Source: Candidatus Omnitrophota bacterium
GTDB lineage: Bacteria > Omnitrophota > Gorgyraeia > Tantalellales > Tantalellaceae
Length of the DNA: 39,878 nucleotides
Assembly (NCBI GenBank): GCA_030631915.1
Contig: DAOVKF010000001.1
Coordinates: 1 to 39,878, forward strand
Direction: 5' to 3'
In this document: positions 32,615 to 39,878 of the stretch, piece by piece
Layout of the letters: each line of letters opens with the position of its first letter
Numbering within the stretch: position 1 is the stretch's first letter
Made by a program: the position numbers and the translations under genes
The notes under the pieces: model-generated
What the model was told of the DNA's origin: nothing
Database searches by the model: none
Seen by the model: the letters and a program-made list of their open reading frames with translations, nothing else

Positions 32615-35497
32615 ATGAAATACGCGAGAATAGAAGTAAGAGACAGAAAGGGCATCTTTGACGCGGTGGCCGGGGGCCTGAAAAAAGATATCAGGGATCT
32701 CGGCGTAAAGGGCGTTAAGGATATCGAGTATATCCGGGTATACTCGGTCCGCGGGGACTTTTCCGGCAGGGATCTGCGCCGTATCGCCGAGGATATTCTT
32801 ACCGACAGGGTATCTCAGGAGTGCGGGTATCCCGGCGGGTTCGGGACGAGAAGTTCTAAGAACGCTCATGTGGTGGAGGTCGCGTATAACGCCGGTGTTA
32901 TGGACCCTGTCGAAGAGAGTGTGATAAAAGCCGTAAAGGACTCGGGGCTGACCGGGGTAAATTCTGTCACGACGTCAAAGAGATACGTTATCAAGGGCGC
33001 TCTCTCCGCGGGGCAGATCGATAAGATAACCGACAGGCTTCTTTATAACAGGGTCATACAGCATATCGTTACCCGCAGAGAGGACGAGAAGGCGGCCGCG
33101 CCTTACAGGTTCCGGCGCAGGGAGATCGACCTTATAAGCGCTGATGACAGGATCCTTCAGGGCATCAGCGCCCAAAGGCAGCTTTATCTTAGCCTGGCGG
33201 AGATGAAGGCCGTTCAGAAGCACTTCAAAAAGCTCGGCAGGAATCCCACGGACTGCGAGATCGAGACGCTCGCGCAGACATGGAGCGAACATTGCAAGCA
33301 TAAGACCATGATGGGGGCCGTCCGGTACAACGGCAGGAAGATAGGGAATCTCCTTAAAGAGACGGTGATGAAGGCGACCCGCGAGCTGGACAGGCCCTGG
33401 TGTGTTTCCGTGTTCAAGGATAACGCCGGTATTATCAGGTTCGATCCGGGGCACGATATCTGTTTCAAGGTAGAGACGCATAACCATCCTTCCGCGCTTG
33501 AACCGTATGGAGGCGCGGAAACAGGCATAGGCGGGGTGATACGCGATACCATGGGGACCGGACGAGGCGCCAGGCCCATTATCAACACGGATGTTTTCTG
33601 TTTCGGCGTTCCGGACATGCCGCTGTCGTCCGTCCCGAAAGGCGCGCTGCATCCCAAAAGGGTCCTTAAGGGCGTGGTAAGCGGTGTGCGTGATTACGGC
33701 AACAAGATGGGCATCCCCACGGTGAACGGAGCGGTTTGTTTTGACGGAAGATATACCGGTAACCCGCTGGTCTTCTGCGGTAACGTCGGGATCTTGCCCC
33801 GCAGGTTCTCCACGAAAAAAGTTTCACCGGGCGATCTTATCGTGGCCGTCGGCGGAAGGACCGGCCGGGACGGCATTCACGGCGCGACATTCTCCTCCGC
33901 CGAACTTACCGTTGAGTCTGAGGCTGTTTCCGGGACGGCCGTTCAGATAGGGAACCCCATCACTGAAAAAAAGGTGGTGGACACGCTGCTGAAGGCGCGC
34001 GATCTCGGGCTTTACGCGGCTATTACCGACTGCGGCGCCGGAGGCTTTTCGAGCGCGGTAGGTGAGATGGGCAAGGATACAGGGGCCGAAGTGCATCTCG
34101 AAAAGGCGCCTCTCAAGTACAGGGGCCTGGAACCATGGGAAATATGGGTATCCGAAGCCCAGGAAAGGATGGTGCTCGCCGTAAAGAGGAAGGACCTGAA
34201 GCGGCTGATGAACGTTTTCCGGAGTGAGAACGTGGAGGCTACCGTTATCGGGAAGTTCACGAATACCGGAAAACTGCGCATCTATTTCAGGCGGCACTTA
34301 ATAGCCGATCTGGACATGTCTTTCATGCATGAAGGCCTTCCGCGTGTTACCCGTAAAGCCGTATGGAAACGCGGGAAAGAGGATAAAAGCATCCTTCCTC
34401 CGAAAAGGGCGGACCTGACACCGGATCTTTTGAACTTACTTTCAAGCTGGAACGTGTGCAGCAAGGAATGGATCATAAGGCAGTATGACCACGAAGTGCA
34501 GGGTGGAAGCGTGCTCAAGCCGCTCGTAGGGGTCAATAACGACGGCCCGTCCGACGCGTCGGTGACCAGGCCCCTGTTTGACAGCAATAAGGGGATCGCG
34601 CTGGCCAACGGGATCAATCCCTGTTACGGGGATATAGACCCTTACTGGATGGCAGCCGGCGCTATTGATGAAGCCCTGCGCCAGATCGTCGCGGTCGGGG
34701 GTACAGTGGAAAACATCGCGCTTCTTGACAATTTCTGCTGGGGCAATACGGAAAATCCCGACCAACTGGGGGGTCTTGTCCGCGCTTCACTGGCGTGTTA
34801 CGACATGGCAAAAGTATACAGGACACCGTTCATATCCGGTAAGGACAGTCTTAATAACGAGTTTAATACGGGGACAAAGACCGTATCCATACCGCCGACA
34901 TTATTGATATCAGCCATTGGTGTCATAGATGACGTTCGCAGGACGATCTCCCCTGATGTCAAGGGACCCGGCAGCCTGATCTATGTCGTCGGCAGGACCT
35001 TCCAGGAGATGGGAGGGTCGCAGTATTTCCGGGTAAAAAGGAAAAAGGGCGGTATGGTCCCGCGCGTCAGGCCGCATGGTTCACTGAGACTTATGAAAAA
35101 AGTAGCATCCGCCATAAAGGCGGGACTCGTTGCCTCGGCGCATGATTGTTCCGAGGGGGGTATTGCTGTCTGTTTAGCGGAGATGCTTTTTGCCGGCGGC
35201 TACGGCGCGGAGGTCTCACTTGAAAGGGTCCCTCGCGAGAGGTCCATAGACAGGGACGATGTGCTTCTTTTTTCAGAGTCAAACTCAAGGTTTGTGATAG
35301 AAGTCCCCGCGGAAAAGCAAAAAGCGTTTGAGGGTGCCATGAAAGGGGTCCCGTCAGGCCGGATCGGCCGTGTTTCAGAGGGCCGGGGACTGGTTATCAG
35401 GGGGCTCGGAGGCGGGAACGTTGTTAAAACGGATTGCGGCACGCTCAGGAACAGGTGGAAAAAACCGTTTGAGAGATTGATGCATGAACAAAGTTAA
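32615..35497 (+). CDS. purL: FGAM synthase II fused to two N-terminal PurS-like modules (PurS-PurS-PurL)
   Basis: Two PurS-like segments of about 85 aa (ARIEVRDRKGIFDAVAG...; VEVAYNAGVMDPVEESV...). These are followed by PurL motifs TLAQTWSEHCKHK and VETHNHPSALEPYGGA. Confidence 0.88.
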   Translation: MKYARIEVRDRKGIFDAVAGGLKKDIRDLGVKGVKDIEYIRVYSVRGDFSGRDLRRIAEDILTDRVSQECGYPGGFGTRSSKNAHVVEVAYNAGVMDPVEESVIKAVKDSGLTGVNSVTTSKRYVIKGALSAGQIDKITDRLLYNRVIQHIVTRREDEKAAAPYRFRRREIDLISADDRILQGISAQRQLYLSLAEMKAVQKHFKKLGRNPTDCEIETLAQTWSEHCKHKTMMGAVRYNGRKIGNLLKETVMKATRELDRPWCVSVFKDNAGIIRFDPGHDICFKVETHNHPSALEPYGGAETGIGGVIRDTMGTGRGARPIINTDVFCFGVPDMPLSSVPKGALHPKRVLKGVVSGVRDYGNKMGIPTVNGAVCFDGRYTGNPLVFCGNVGILPRRFSTKKVSPGDLIVAVGGRTGRDGIHGATFSSAELTVESEAVSGTAVQIGNPITEKKVVDTLLKARDLGLYAAITDCGAGGFSSAVGEMGKDTGAEVHLEKAPLKYRGLEPWEIWVSEAQERMVLAVKRKDLKRLMNVFRSENVEATVIGKFTNTGKLRIYFRRHLIADLDMSFMHEGLPRVTRKAVWKRGKEDKSILPPKRADLTPDLLNLLSSWNVCSKEWIIRQYDHEVQGGSVLKPLVGVNNDGPSDASVTRPLFDSNKGIALANGINPCYGDIDPYWMAAGAIDEALRQIVAVGGTVENIALLDNFCWGNTENPDQLGGLVRASLACYDMAKVYRTPFISGKDSLNNEFNTGTKTVSIPPTLLISAIGVIDDVRRTISPDVKGPGSLIYVVGRTFQEMGGSQYFRVKRKKGGMVPRVRPHGSLRLMKKVASAIKAGLVASAHDCSEGGIAVCLAEMLFAGGYGAEVSLERVPRERSIDRDDVLLFSESNSRFVIEVPAEKQKAFEGAMKGVPSGRIGRVSEGRGLVIRGLGGGNVVKTDCGTLRNRWKKPFERLMHEQS

Positions 35498-36278
35498 GAC
35501 GATCATACTGCGCACTGCCGGCACGAATTGCGACAGGGAAACCGCTTACGCGTTCCGCGCCGCGGGAGCTGAAGCGGACCTCGTGCATATAAACACTTTG
35601 CTGAAACAAAAGGCCGCTCTTGCGGAGTATCACATACTGGCCATACCCGGCGGGTTCACATACGGCGATGATGTGGCCAGCGGCAAGGTCTTCGCGAACG
35701 AGCTGAAGGCCGGCTTAAAGGAACAACTGTCCGGGTTCCTCGCCGAAGGCAGGCTTATCATCGGGATCTGTAACGGGTTTCAGGTGCTTGTAAAGATGGG
35801 GCTTTTGCCGGGTGCCAAGAAAAGGCAGGGCTGTAAAATAGAGGCCACGCTCAGCCTCAACGATTCGGGCAGGTTCGAGGACAGATGGGTATATCTTAAA
35901 AGGCCGGGCCGCGATATTTGCGTTTGGACCAGGGGCCTTCCGGAGGCCATATATGTTCCGGTGGCCCATGCCGAAGGTAAGTTCATACCAAAAGACGCCG
36001 GTGTGCTTGAAGCCCTGCGGAAGAACGGCCAGATAGTGTTCCGCTACGCGCGTAAGGAAGGAGGATCGCCCGGTTATCCCGGGAATCCCAACGGTTCAGT
36101 GGACGATATAGCCGGTGTTTGCGATCCCACCGGAAGGATACTCGGGTTGATGCCGCATCCCGAACGGCATGTGACGTATGTGCAGCATCCCAACTGGCGG
36201 CGTTTCGGCCGGAAGACGGAAGAAATGGGCATAGGCCTGAGGATCTTCGAGAACGGCGTGAAATTCGCGCGTGGTTAG
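35484..36278 (+). CDS. purQ: FGAM synthase I (glutaminase subunit)
   Basis: 14-nt overlap with purL. GICNGFQVL catalytic Cys and MPHPER. Confidence 0.9.
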   Translation: MNKVKTIILRTAGTNCDRETAYAFRAAGAEADLVHINTLLKQKAALAEYHILAIPGGFTYGDDVASGKVFANELKAGLKEQLSGFLAEGRLIIGICNGFQVLVKMGLLPGAKKRQGCKIEATLSLNDSGRFEDRWVYLKRPGRDICVWTRGLPEAIYVPVAHAEGKFIPKDAGVLEALRKNGQIVFRYARKEGGSPGYPGNPNGSVDDIAGVCDPTGRILGLMPHPERHVTYVQHPNWRRFGRKTEEMGIGLRIFENGVKFARG

Positions 36279-36308
36279 GATCAGTGATCCGCCCCCTCAA
36301 AAAAACAA

Positions 36309-36337
36309 GTTGAAAAGTGCGGGGCTATTTTGTAAAA
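36309..36337 (+). promoter_or_regulatory. promoter candidate for tRNA-Glu and downstream genes
   Basis: TTGAAA (36309-36314), 17-nt spacer, TAAAAT (36332-36337). Confidence 0.55.
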
Positions 36338-36374
36338 TATAGCTCCGGAAAATATGTAAATTACTGACTTGCGC

Positions 36375-36452
36375 GACCCCATCGTCTAGTCAGGTCTAGG
36401 ACATCAGATTTTCATTCTGACGACCGGGGTTCGAATCCCCGTGGGGTCGCCA
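36375..36452 (+). tRNA. tRNA-Glu (anticodon UUC), CCA encoded
   Basis: Cloverleaf folded by hand. Acceptor GACCCCA/TGGGGTC, anticodon stem TCAGA/TCTGA with loop TTTTCAT, T-arm CGGGG-TTCGAAT-CCCCG. Closely resembles E. coli tRNA-Glu. Confidence 0.9.
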
Positions 36453-36472
36453 TAATTAGCCGGATTGGAACC

Positions 36473-37003
36473 ATGGATATAGAACAACTCTGGGAAAAGG
36501 CAAAAGAGAAGACAGAAGTCGTCAGGGGAAGGGTAAAAGGCCTTTCCACTTTCAGCCAGACAGATGTCCCGTATGTCTTCCTGGCCGAATCCGCCGTGAA
36601 CGAGGGCAATACAGTGGTCCGGAGGGGCAAGGTCCTTGTCGAAAGACCCATGGTCATTCTTCCGCAGGACATGCCGCAGTTCGAGGGCTTTGATTTTGAG
36701 GAAGACCTGGACATCAGCCAGGAACTTATCCAGACATTTTTCCTGATGAGAGGCATACGCTTCCCGTCGCTCAAATACAATAATATTGTGCAGGAGATCG
36801 ACGTGGACGAAAGAGCGCTTTCAAAATGTGTCGAAAAACACAAAAAACACCTTGAGAGAGCAGAAGATGTCAGCACGGCTCTTGTGCTGGGCCCGGAGGA
36901 TTGCTGGCAGTTCTCCCTGCTTTTCTATATGGCGTCCCTTGTGGGACGGTGCGCCCGAACGGATATCATGAACCTGTTGAACAGGATGAATAAGGACGAA
37001 TAG
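36473..37003 (+). CDS. hypothetical protein, no family recognised
   Basis: 176-aa ORF with a protein-like composition. Starts 20 nt after the tRNA 3' end and ends 19 nt before glmS. No motif I can name. Confidence 0.55.
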   Translation: MDIEQLWEKAKEKTEVVRGRVKGLSTFSQTDVPYVFLAESAVNEGNTVVRRGKVLVERPMVILPQDMPQFEGFDFEEDLDISQELIQTFFLMRGIRFPSLKYNNIVQEIDVDERALSKCVEKHKKHLERAEDVSTALVLGPEDCWQFSLLFYMASLVGRCARTDIMNLLNRMNKDE

Positions 37004-37022
37004 GCCGCGGGAGGGGAAAAAC

Positions 37023-38879
37023 ATGTGCGGGATCATAGGCTATACGGGCCGGAGAAATGCCGAGCAGGTCCTTGTCAAGGGGTTGTCCCGCCTGGAATAC
37101 CGGGGATACGATTCAGCCGGGATAGCTGTCATAAACAAGGGAGATATCCAGATAAGGAAAAAACAGGGCAAACTTTCCGTTTTAATGGATGAGCTGAGCC
37201 ATAACCCGGCGAAAGGGACGACAGGCATAGGCCACACGCGCTGGGCTACCCACGGGGTGCCGAATGACGTGAACGCGCACCCGCATGTCGACTCCGGCAG
37301 GAATATCGCGATAGTCCACAACGGGATCATCGAGAACTATAAGGAGATCAGGAAAAGGCTCCAGGCGAAAGGGTATGAGTTTGTTTCGGGAACAGACAGT
37401 GAGAACATCGCGCATCTTGTTTCAGATTGTTACGCGGGCGATCTTTACAAAGCGGTAAAAAAAGCCGTAAGCATGCTGAAGGGCTCTTTTGCGATAGTCG
37501 TTATTCACCGGGAAGAACCGGGAAGGATAGTGGGAGCGAGGAAGGACAGCCCCCTGGTCGCAGGGCTCGGAGACGGTGAATATTTTCTCGCCAGCGATAT
37601 CCCCGCGGTCCTGGAATATACCAGGGACGTCATTTATGTTGAGAACGGGGAGATCGTGGACATAAAGGACGGGGGCATCACGATATACGGATCCGGAGGA
37701 AAAATAGAGCGAAGGGACCCGACGGCCATCAAATGGGATATATCCCAGGCCGAAAAAAAAGGTTATAAGCATTTTATGCTGAAAGAGATATTTGAGCAGC
37801 CCGGTATAATACGCAATATGCTTGCCGAAAGGGTAAGAAAAGGAAAAATAAAGTTTGAAGAACTGGCGATACCGGAAAAGGATCTGAAAAGAATAAAGAG
37901 GATCTCTGTGGTAGCCTGCGGCACAGCCTATCATGCCGGATTGATCGGAAAGTATCTTATTGAAAAGATCGCGAGGGTCCCTGTCTGGGTGGATCAGGCA
38001 AGTGAGTTTCGTTACCGGGATCCGCTGGTGGACAAGGATACGCTGGTAATAGTCATATCCCAGTCAGGGGAGACAGCGGATACCCTGGCGGCATTGAGGG
38101 AGGCAAAGAGAAAGGGGGCCGCGGTCCTGGCCGTGTGCAACGTTCTTGGCAGTTCCATCGCCAGGGAAGCCGACGGCGTGATCTATACTCACGCGGGACC
38201 GGAAATAGCGGTTGCGTCGACAAAGGCCTATACGGCGCAGATCGCGATACTGCATCTCTTTACGTATTTTTTTGCCGGGATAAAAGGGACAGTAGGCAAA
38301 GAGGAAAAGGGTTTTTTAAGGGAATTCAGGAAATTGCCCGGAAATCTGGACAAACTGCTGGGGCCGTATCACTCCGCGAAGAACAGGCTTGCCGGGTATG
38401 CCGCGGAATTCCACGAATATTATCTTGCAAGAAACAATAAGAGCTGTTTTCTTTATCTTGCCAGGAACATTAACTATCCCAATGCCCTGGAAGGGGCGTT
38501 GAAACTGAAAGAGATATCATATATCAGCGCTGAGGGGTACCCGGCCGGGGAGATGAAGCACGGCCCCATTGCATTAATAGACGAAAACCCCTGGGTGGTC
38601 TGCGTTGCGACCAACGCGCAGACGCATGAGAAGATGCTATCCAACATCCAGGAGATCAAGGCAAGGGGCGGTATAGTGATCGCAATAGTCTCTGAAGGAG
38701 ACGACCTGCTCCGGGATGAAAGCATTAACTACGCCATCGAGATACCCCGTGTTCCCGAAATATTCTCTCCCGAACTGGTCGCTGTTCCGTTACAGCTTCT
38801 GGCGTACTATGTGGCCGGTGAGTTCGGGTACGACATAGACAAGCCGCGCAACCTGGCCAAGTCGGTGACCGTCGAGTAA
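37023..38879 (+). CDS. glmS: glutamine--fructose-6-phosphate aminotransferase
   Basis: MCGIIGY N-terminus, two SIS domains, and a C-terminal ...LAKSVTVE. Confidence 0.95.
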   Translation: MCGIIGYTGRRNAEQVLVKGLSRLEYRGYDSAGIAVINKGDIQIRKKQGKLSVLMDELSHNPAKGTTGIGHTRWATHGVPNDVNAHPHVDSGRNIAIVHNGIIENYKEIRKRLQAKGYEFVSGTDSENIAHLVSDCYAGDLYKAVKKAVSMLKGSFAIVVIHREEPGRIVGARKDSPLVAGLGDGEYFLASDIPAVLEYTRDVIYVENGEIVDIKDGGITIYGSGGKIERRDPTAIKWDISQAEKKGYKHFMLKEIFEQPGIIRNMLAERVRKGKIKFEELAIPEKDLKRIKRISVVACGTAYHAGLIGKYLIEKIARVPVWVDQASEFRYRDPLVDKDTLVIVISQSGETADTLAALREAKRKGAAVLAVCNVLGSSIAREADGVIYTHAGPEIAVASTKAYTAQIAILHLFTYFFAGIKGTVGKEEKGFLREFRKLPGNLDKLLGPYHSAKNRLAGYAAEFHEYYLARNNKSCFLYLARNINYPNALEGALKLKEISYISAEGYPAGEMKHGPIALIDENPWVVCVATNAQTHEKMLSNIQEIKARGGIVIAIVSEGDDLLRDESINYAIEIPRVPEIFSPELVAVPLQLLAYYVAGEFGYDIDKPRNLAKSVTVE

Positions 38880-38946
38880 AAAGAGTCAAAGAGTCAGGGC
38901 ATCAGAGTAAGGTGCCTCGTTGGCTCGGGCCAGTAAGACGAAGAAA

Positions 38947-39609
38947 ATGACAGGTACGCTTTTTGTTATCAGCACGCCGATAGGAAATCTTGAAGATATC
39001 AGCCTGAGAGCCATACGGGTGCTGAAAGAAGCGGATATGATCGCCGCTGAGGACACCAGACGGACAAAGGGGCTGCTCGGCGTATACGGGATCAAAACCC
39101 CTGTTACCAGCTTCCATTCCCATAACAGCAGGAAGAAGACTCCGGGGATCGTCAGGCTCTTGCGCGCCGGAAAAGACATAGCCCTTGTTTCGGATTCCGG
39201 AACGCCGGGAATATCTGATCCGGGCCATGTTCTTGTAAAAGAGTGTATCAGGGAAAAGGTGCCTTTAACGGCTGTCCCCGGCCCCGCGGCGCTTATCGTC
39301 GCGCTGGTCTTATCCGGAAGGCCCACGGGTAAATTCGTTTTTGAAGGGTTTCTGTCGAACAAAGGCGCCCGCAGGCGGAAACAGCTGGAAAAACTTGCGG
39401 AGGAGCAGAGGACGGTTATCATTTATGAATCCCCCCACAGGATAGAGGCGTTTTTAAGAGATTTTACGGTTGTCGCGGGAGAGAGGGAGATCGTGCTGGC
39501 AAGGGAGCTGACCAAGAAATTCGAGGAAACAAGGCGGGGAACCGCAGAAGAACATCTTAAACATTTCGCGAAGAACAAACCCAGGGGCGAGTTTATCGTA
39601 GTGTTTTAA
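38947..39609 (+). CDS. rsmI: 16S rRNA (cytidine1402-2'-O)-methyltransferase
   Basis: GTLFVISTPIGNLEDISLRAIRVLKEADMIAAEDTR, a tetrapyrrole-methylase-fold motif. An alternative TTG start lies at 38920. Confidence 0.88.
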   Translation: MTGTLFVISTPIGNLEDISLRAIRVLKEADMIAAEDTRRTKGLLGVYGIKTPVTSFHSHNSRKKTPGIVRLLRAGKDIALVSDSGTPGISDPGHVLVKECIREKVPLTAVPGPAALIVALVLSGRPTGKFVFEGFLSNKGARRRKQLEKLAEEQRTVIIYESPHRIEAFLRDFTVVAGEREIVLARELTKKFEETRRGTAEEHLKHFAKNKPRGEFIVVF

Positions 39610-39636
39610 GGTAACTACTCAGGTAACCGGTGATGA

Positions 39637-39730
39637 GATCGTTTGCCATGTTCCGTACAGGGAGGATCCACACCGGGCGGAGGGGCCCTGGTAGGAATAT
39701 GGCAAACGATCGTCGGGGATACCCGATCAG
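39637..39730 (+). repeat. conserved structured noncoding element, copy B, with an inverted partial copy forming a long hairpin
   Basis: GATCGTTTGCCAT (39637-39649) pairs with ATGGCAAACGATC (39699-39711), and further pairs extend the stem. Positions 39669-39730 align with the carB1 leader element (CCGGGC..GCCCTGGTAGGA..ATGGCAAACGA.CGT..GGATACCCG..CAG). Confidence 0.6.
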
Positions 39731-39795
39731 TCACTTTTTGAGTTTGATGAAGAGGATATGACGATAGTGTAACATATTGTGGGCACTTTCGAGGT

Positions 39796-39833
39796 GTCAT
39801 CCTGAGCGAGGGCGAAGCCCGAGTCGAAGGATC
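39796..39833 (+). repeat. GTCATCC...GGATC short palindromic-type element
   Basis: GTCATCCTGAGCGAGGGCGAAGCCCGAGTCGAAGGATC. ATCCT/AGGAT forms the outer stem and GGGC-gaa-GCCC the inner stem. Same GTCAT..GATC flavour as 20083-20106 and 29330-29386. Confidence 0.4.
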
Positions 39834-39878
39834 TGGAATAAGTTCTTTGACAGCATGAAAAACATGGCATACCCTAAT

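Noticed and set aside
37004-37022. glmS ribozyme upstream of glmS
   Set aside because: Only 19 nt separate the preceding ORF from glmS, so there is no room for the roughly 170-nt ribozyme. No ribozyme-like core is seen in the upstream ORF either.
39615-39800. 61-aa minus-strand ORF after rsmI
   Set aside because: It spans both arms of the long inverted repeat and has a Pro/His/Thr-rich composition. This is most likely non-coding structured DNA or RNA.
1-39878. CRISPR arrays, rRNA genes, transposases, integrases, prophage genes
   Set aside because: No regularly spaced repeats, rRNA-like segments or recombinase motifs were seen on either strand.

Overview
The window reads as one long nitrogen-assimilation and glutamine-amidotransferase supercluster from a diderm, probably anaerobic, bacterium. 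It has a signal-peptide porin and many Fe-S/flavin proteins. I cannot assign a taxon from sequence alone.

Gene order:
- glnA (5' end outside the window), translationally coupled to a GAF-ANTAR regulator
- an ECF-like sigma factor
- porin, amtB, and two P-II genes (the second has a shortened T-loop)
- a GNAT acetyltransferase
- gltB and gltD
- a four-gene NuoE/NuoF(HydB-type)/2Fe-2S-4Fe-4S ferredoxin/stand-alone GltS-FMN-domain operon
- an inserted AbiEii-like nucleotidyltransferase + HTH cassette, flanked by 39-bp direct repeats
- on the minus strand, a PurF paralog with a degenerate glutaminase site, downstream of a second carB
- carA, carB, purF, pyrG, guaA, a purS-purS-purL fusion, and purQ
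- tRNA-Glu(UUC), an unknown ORF, glmS, and rsmI

Main points worth a second look:
1. A contiguous block of three glutaminase-less paralogs (GltS-FMN with a NuoEF-type electron module, PurF', CarB1) sits beside the canonical glutamine-dependent enzymes.
2. Four intrinsic terminators are each overlapped by a small A-x-x-G-A-x hexaloop hairpin. This fits attenuators controlled by the glnA-linked GAF-ANTAR protein.
3. A toxin-antitoxin-like cassette has integrated into the 3' end of purF' and regenerates its Fe-S CxxC codons.
4. A conserved noncoding element of about 70 nt occurs in the carB1 leader and again downstream of rsmI.
5. Several short GTCAT...GATC-type repeats are present, and one supplies the last codons of carB1.

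No rRNA, CRISPR array, transposase or integrase was seen. All homology calls come from motif recognition by eye, not database searches.
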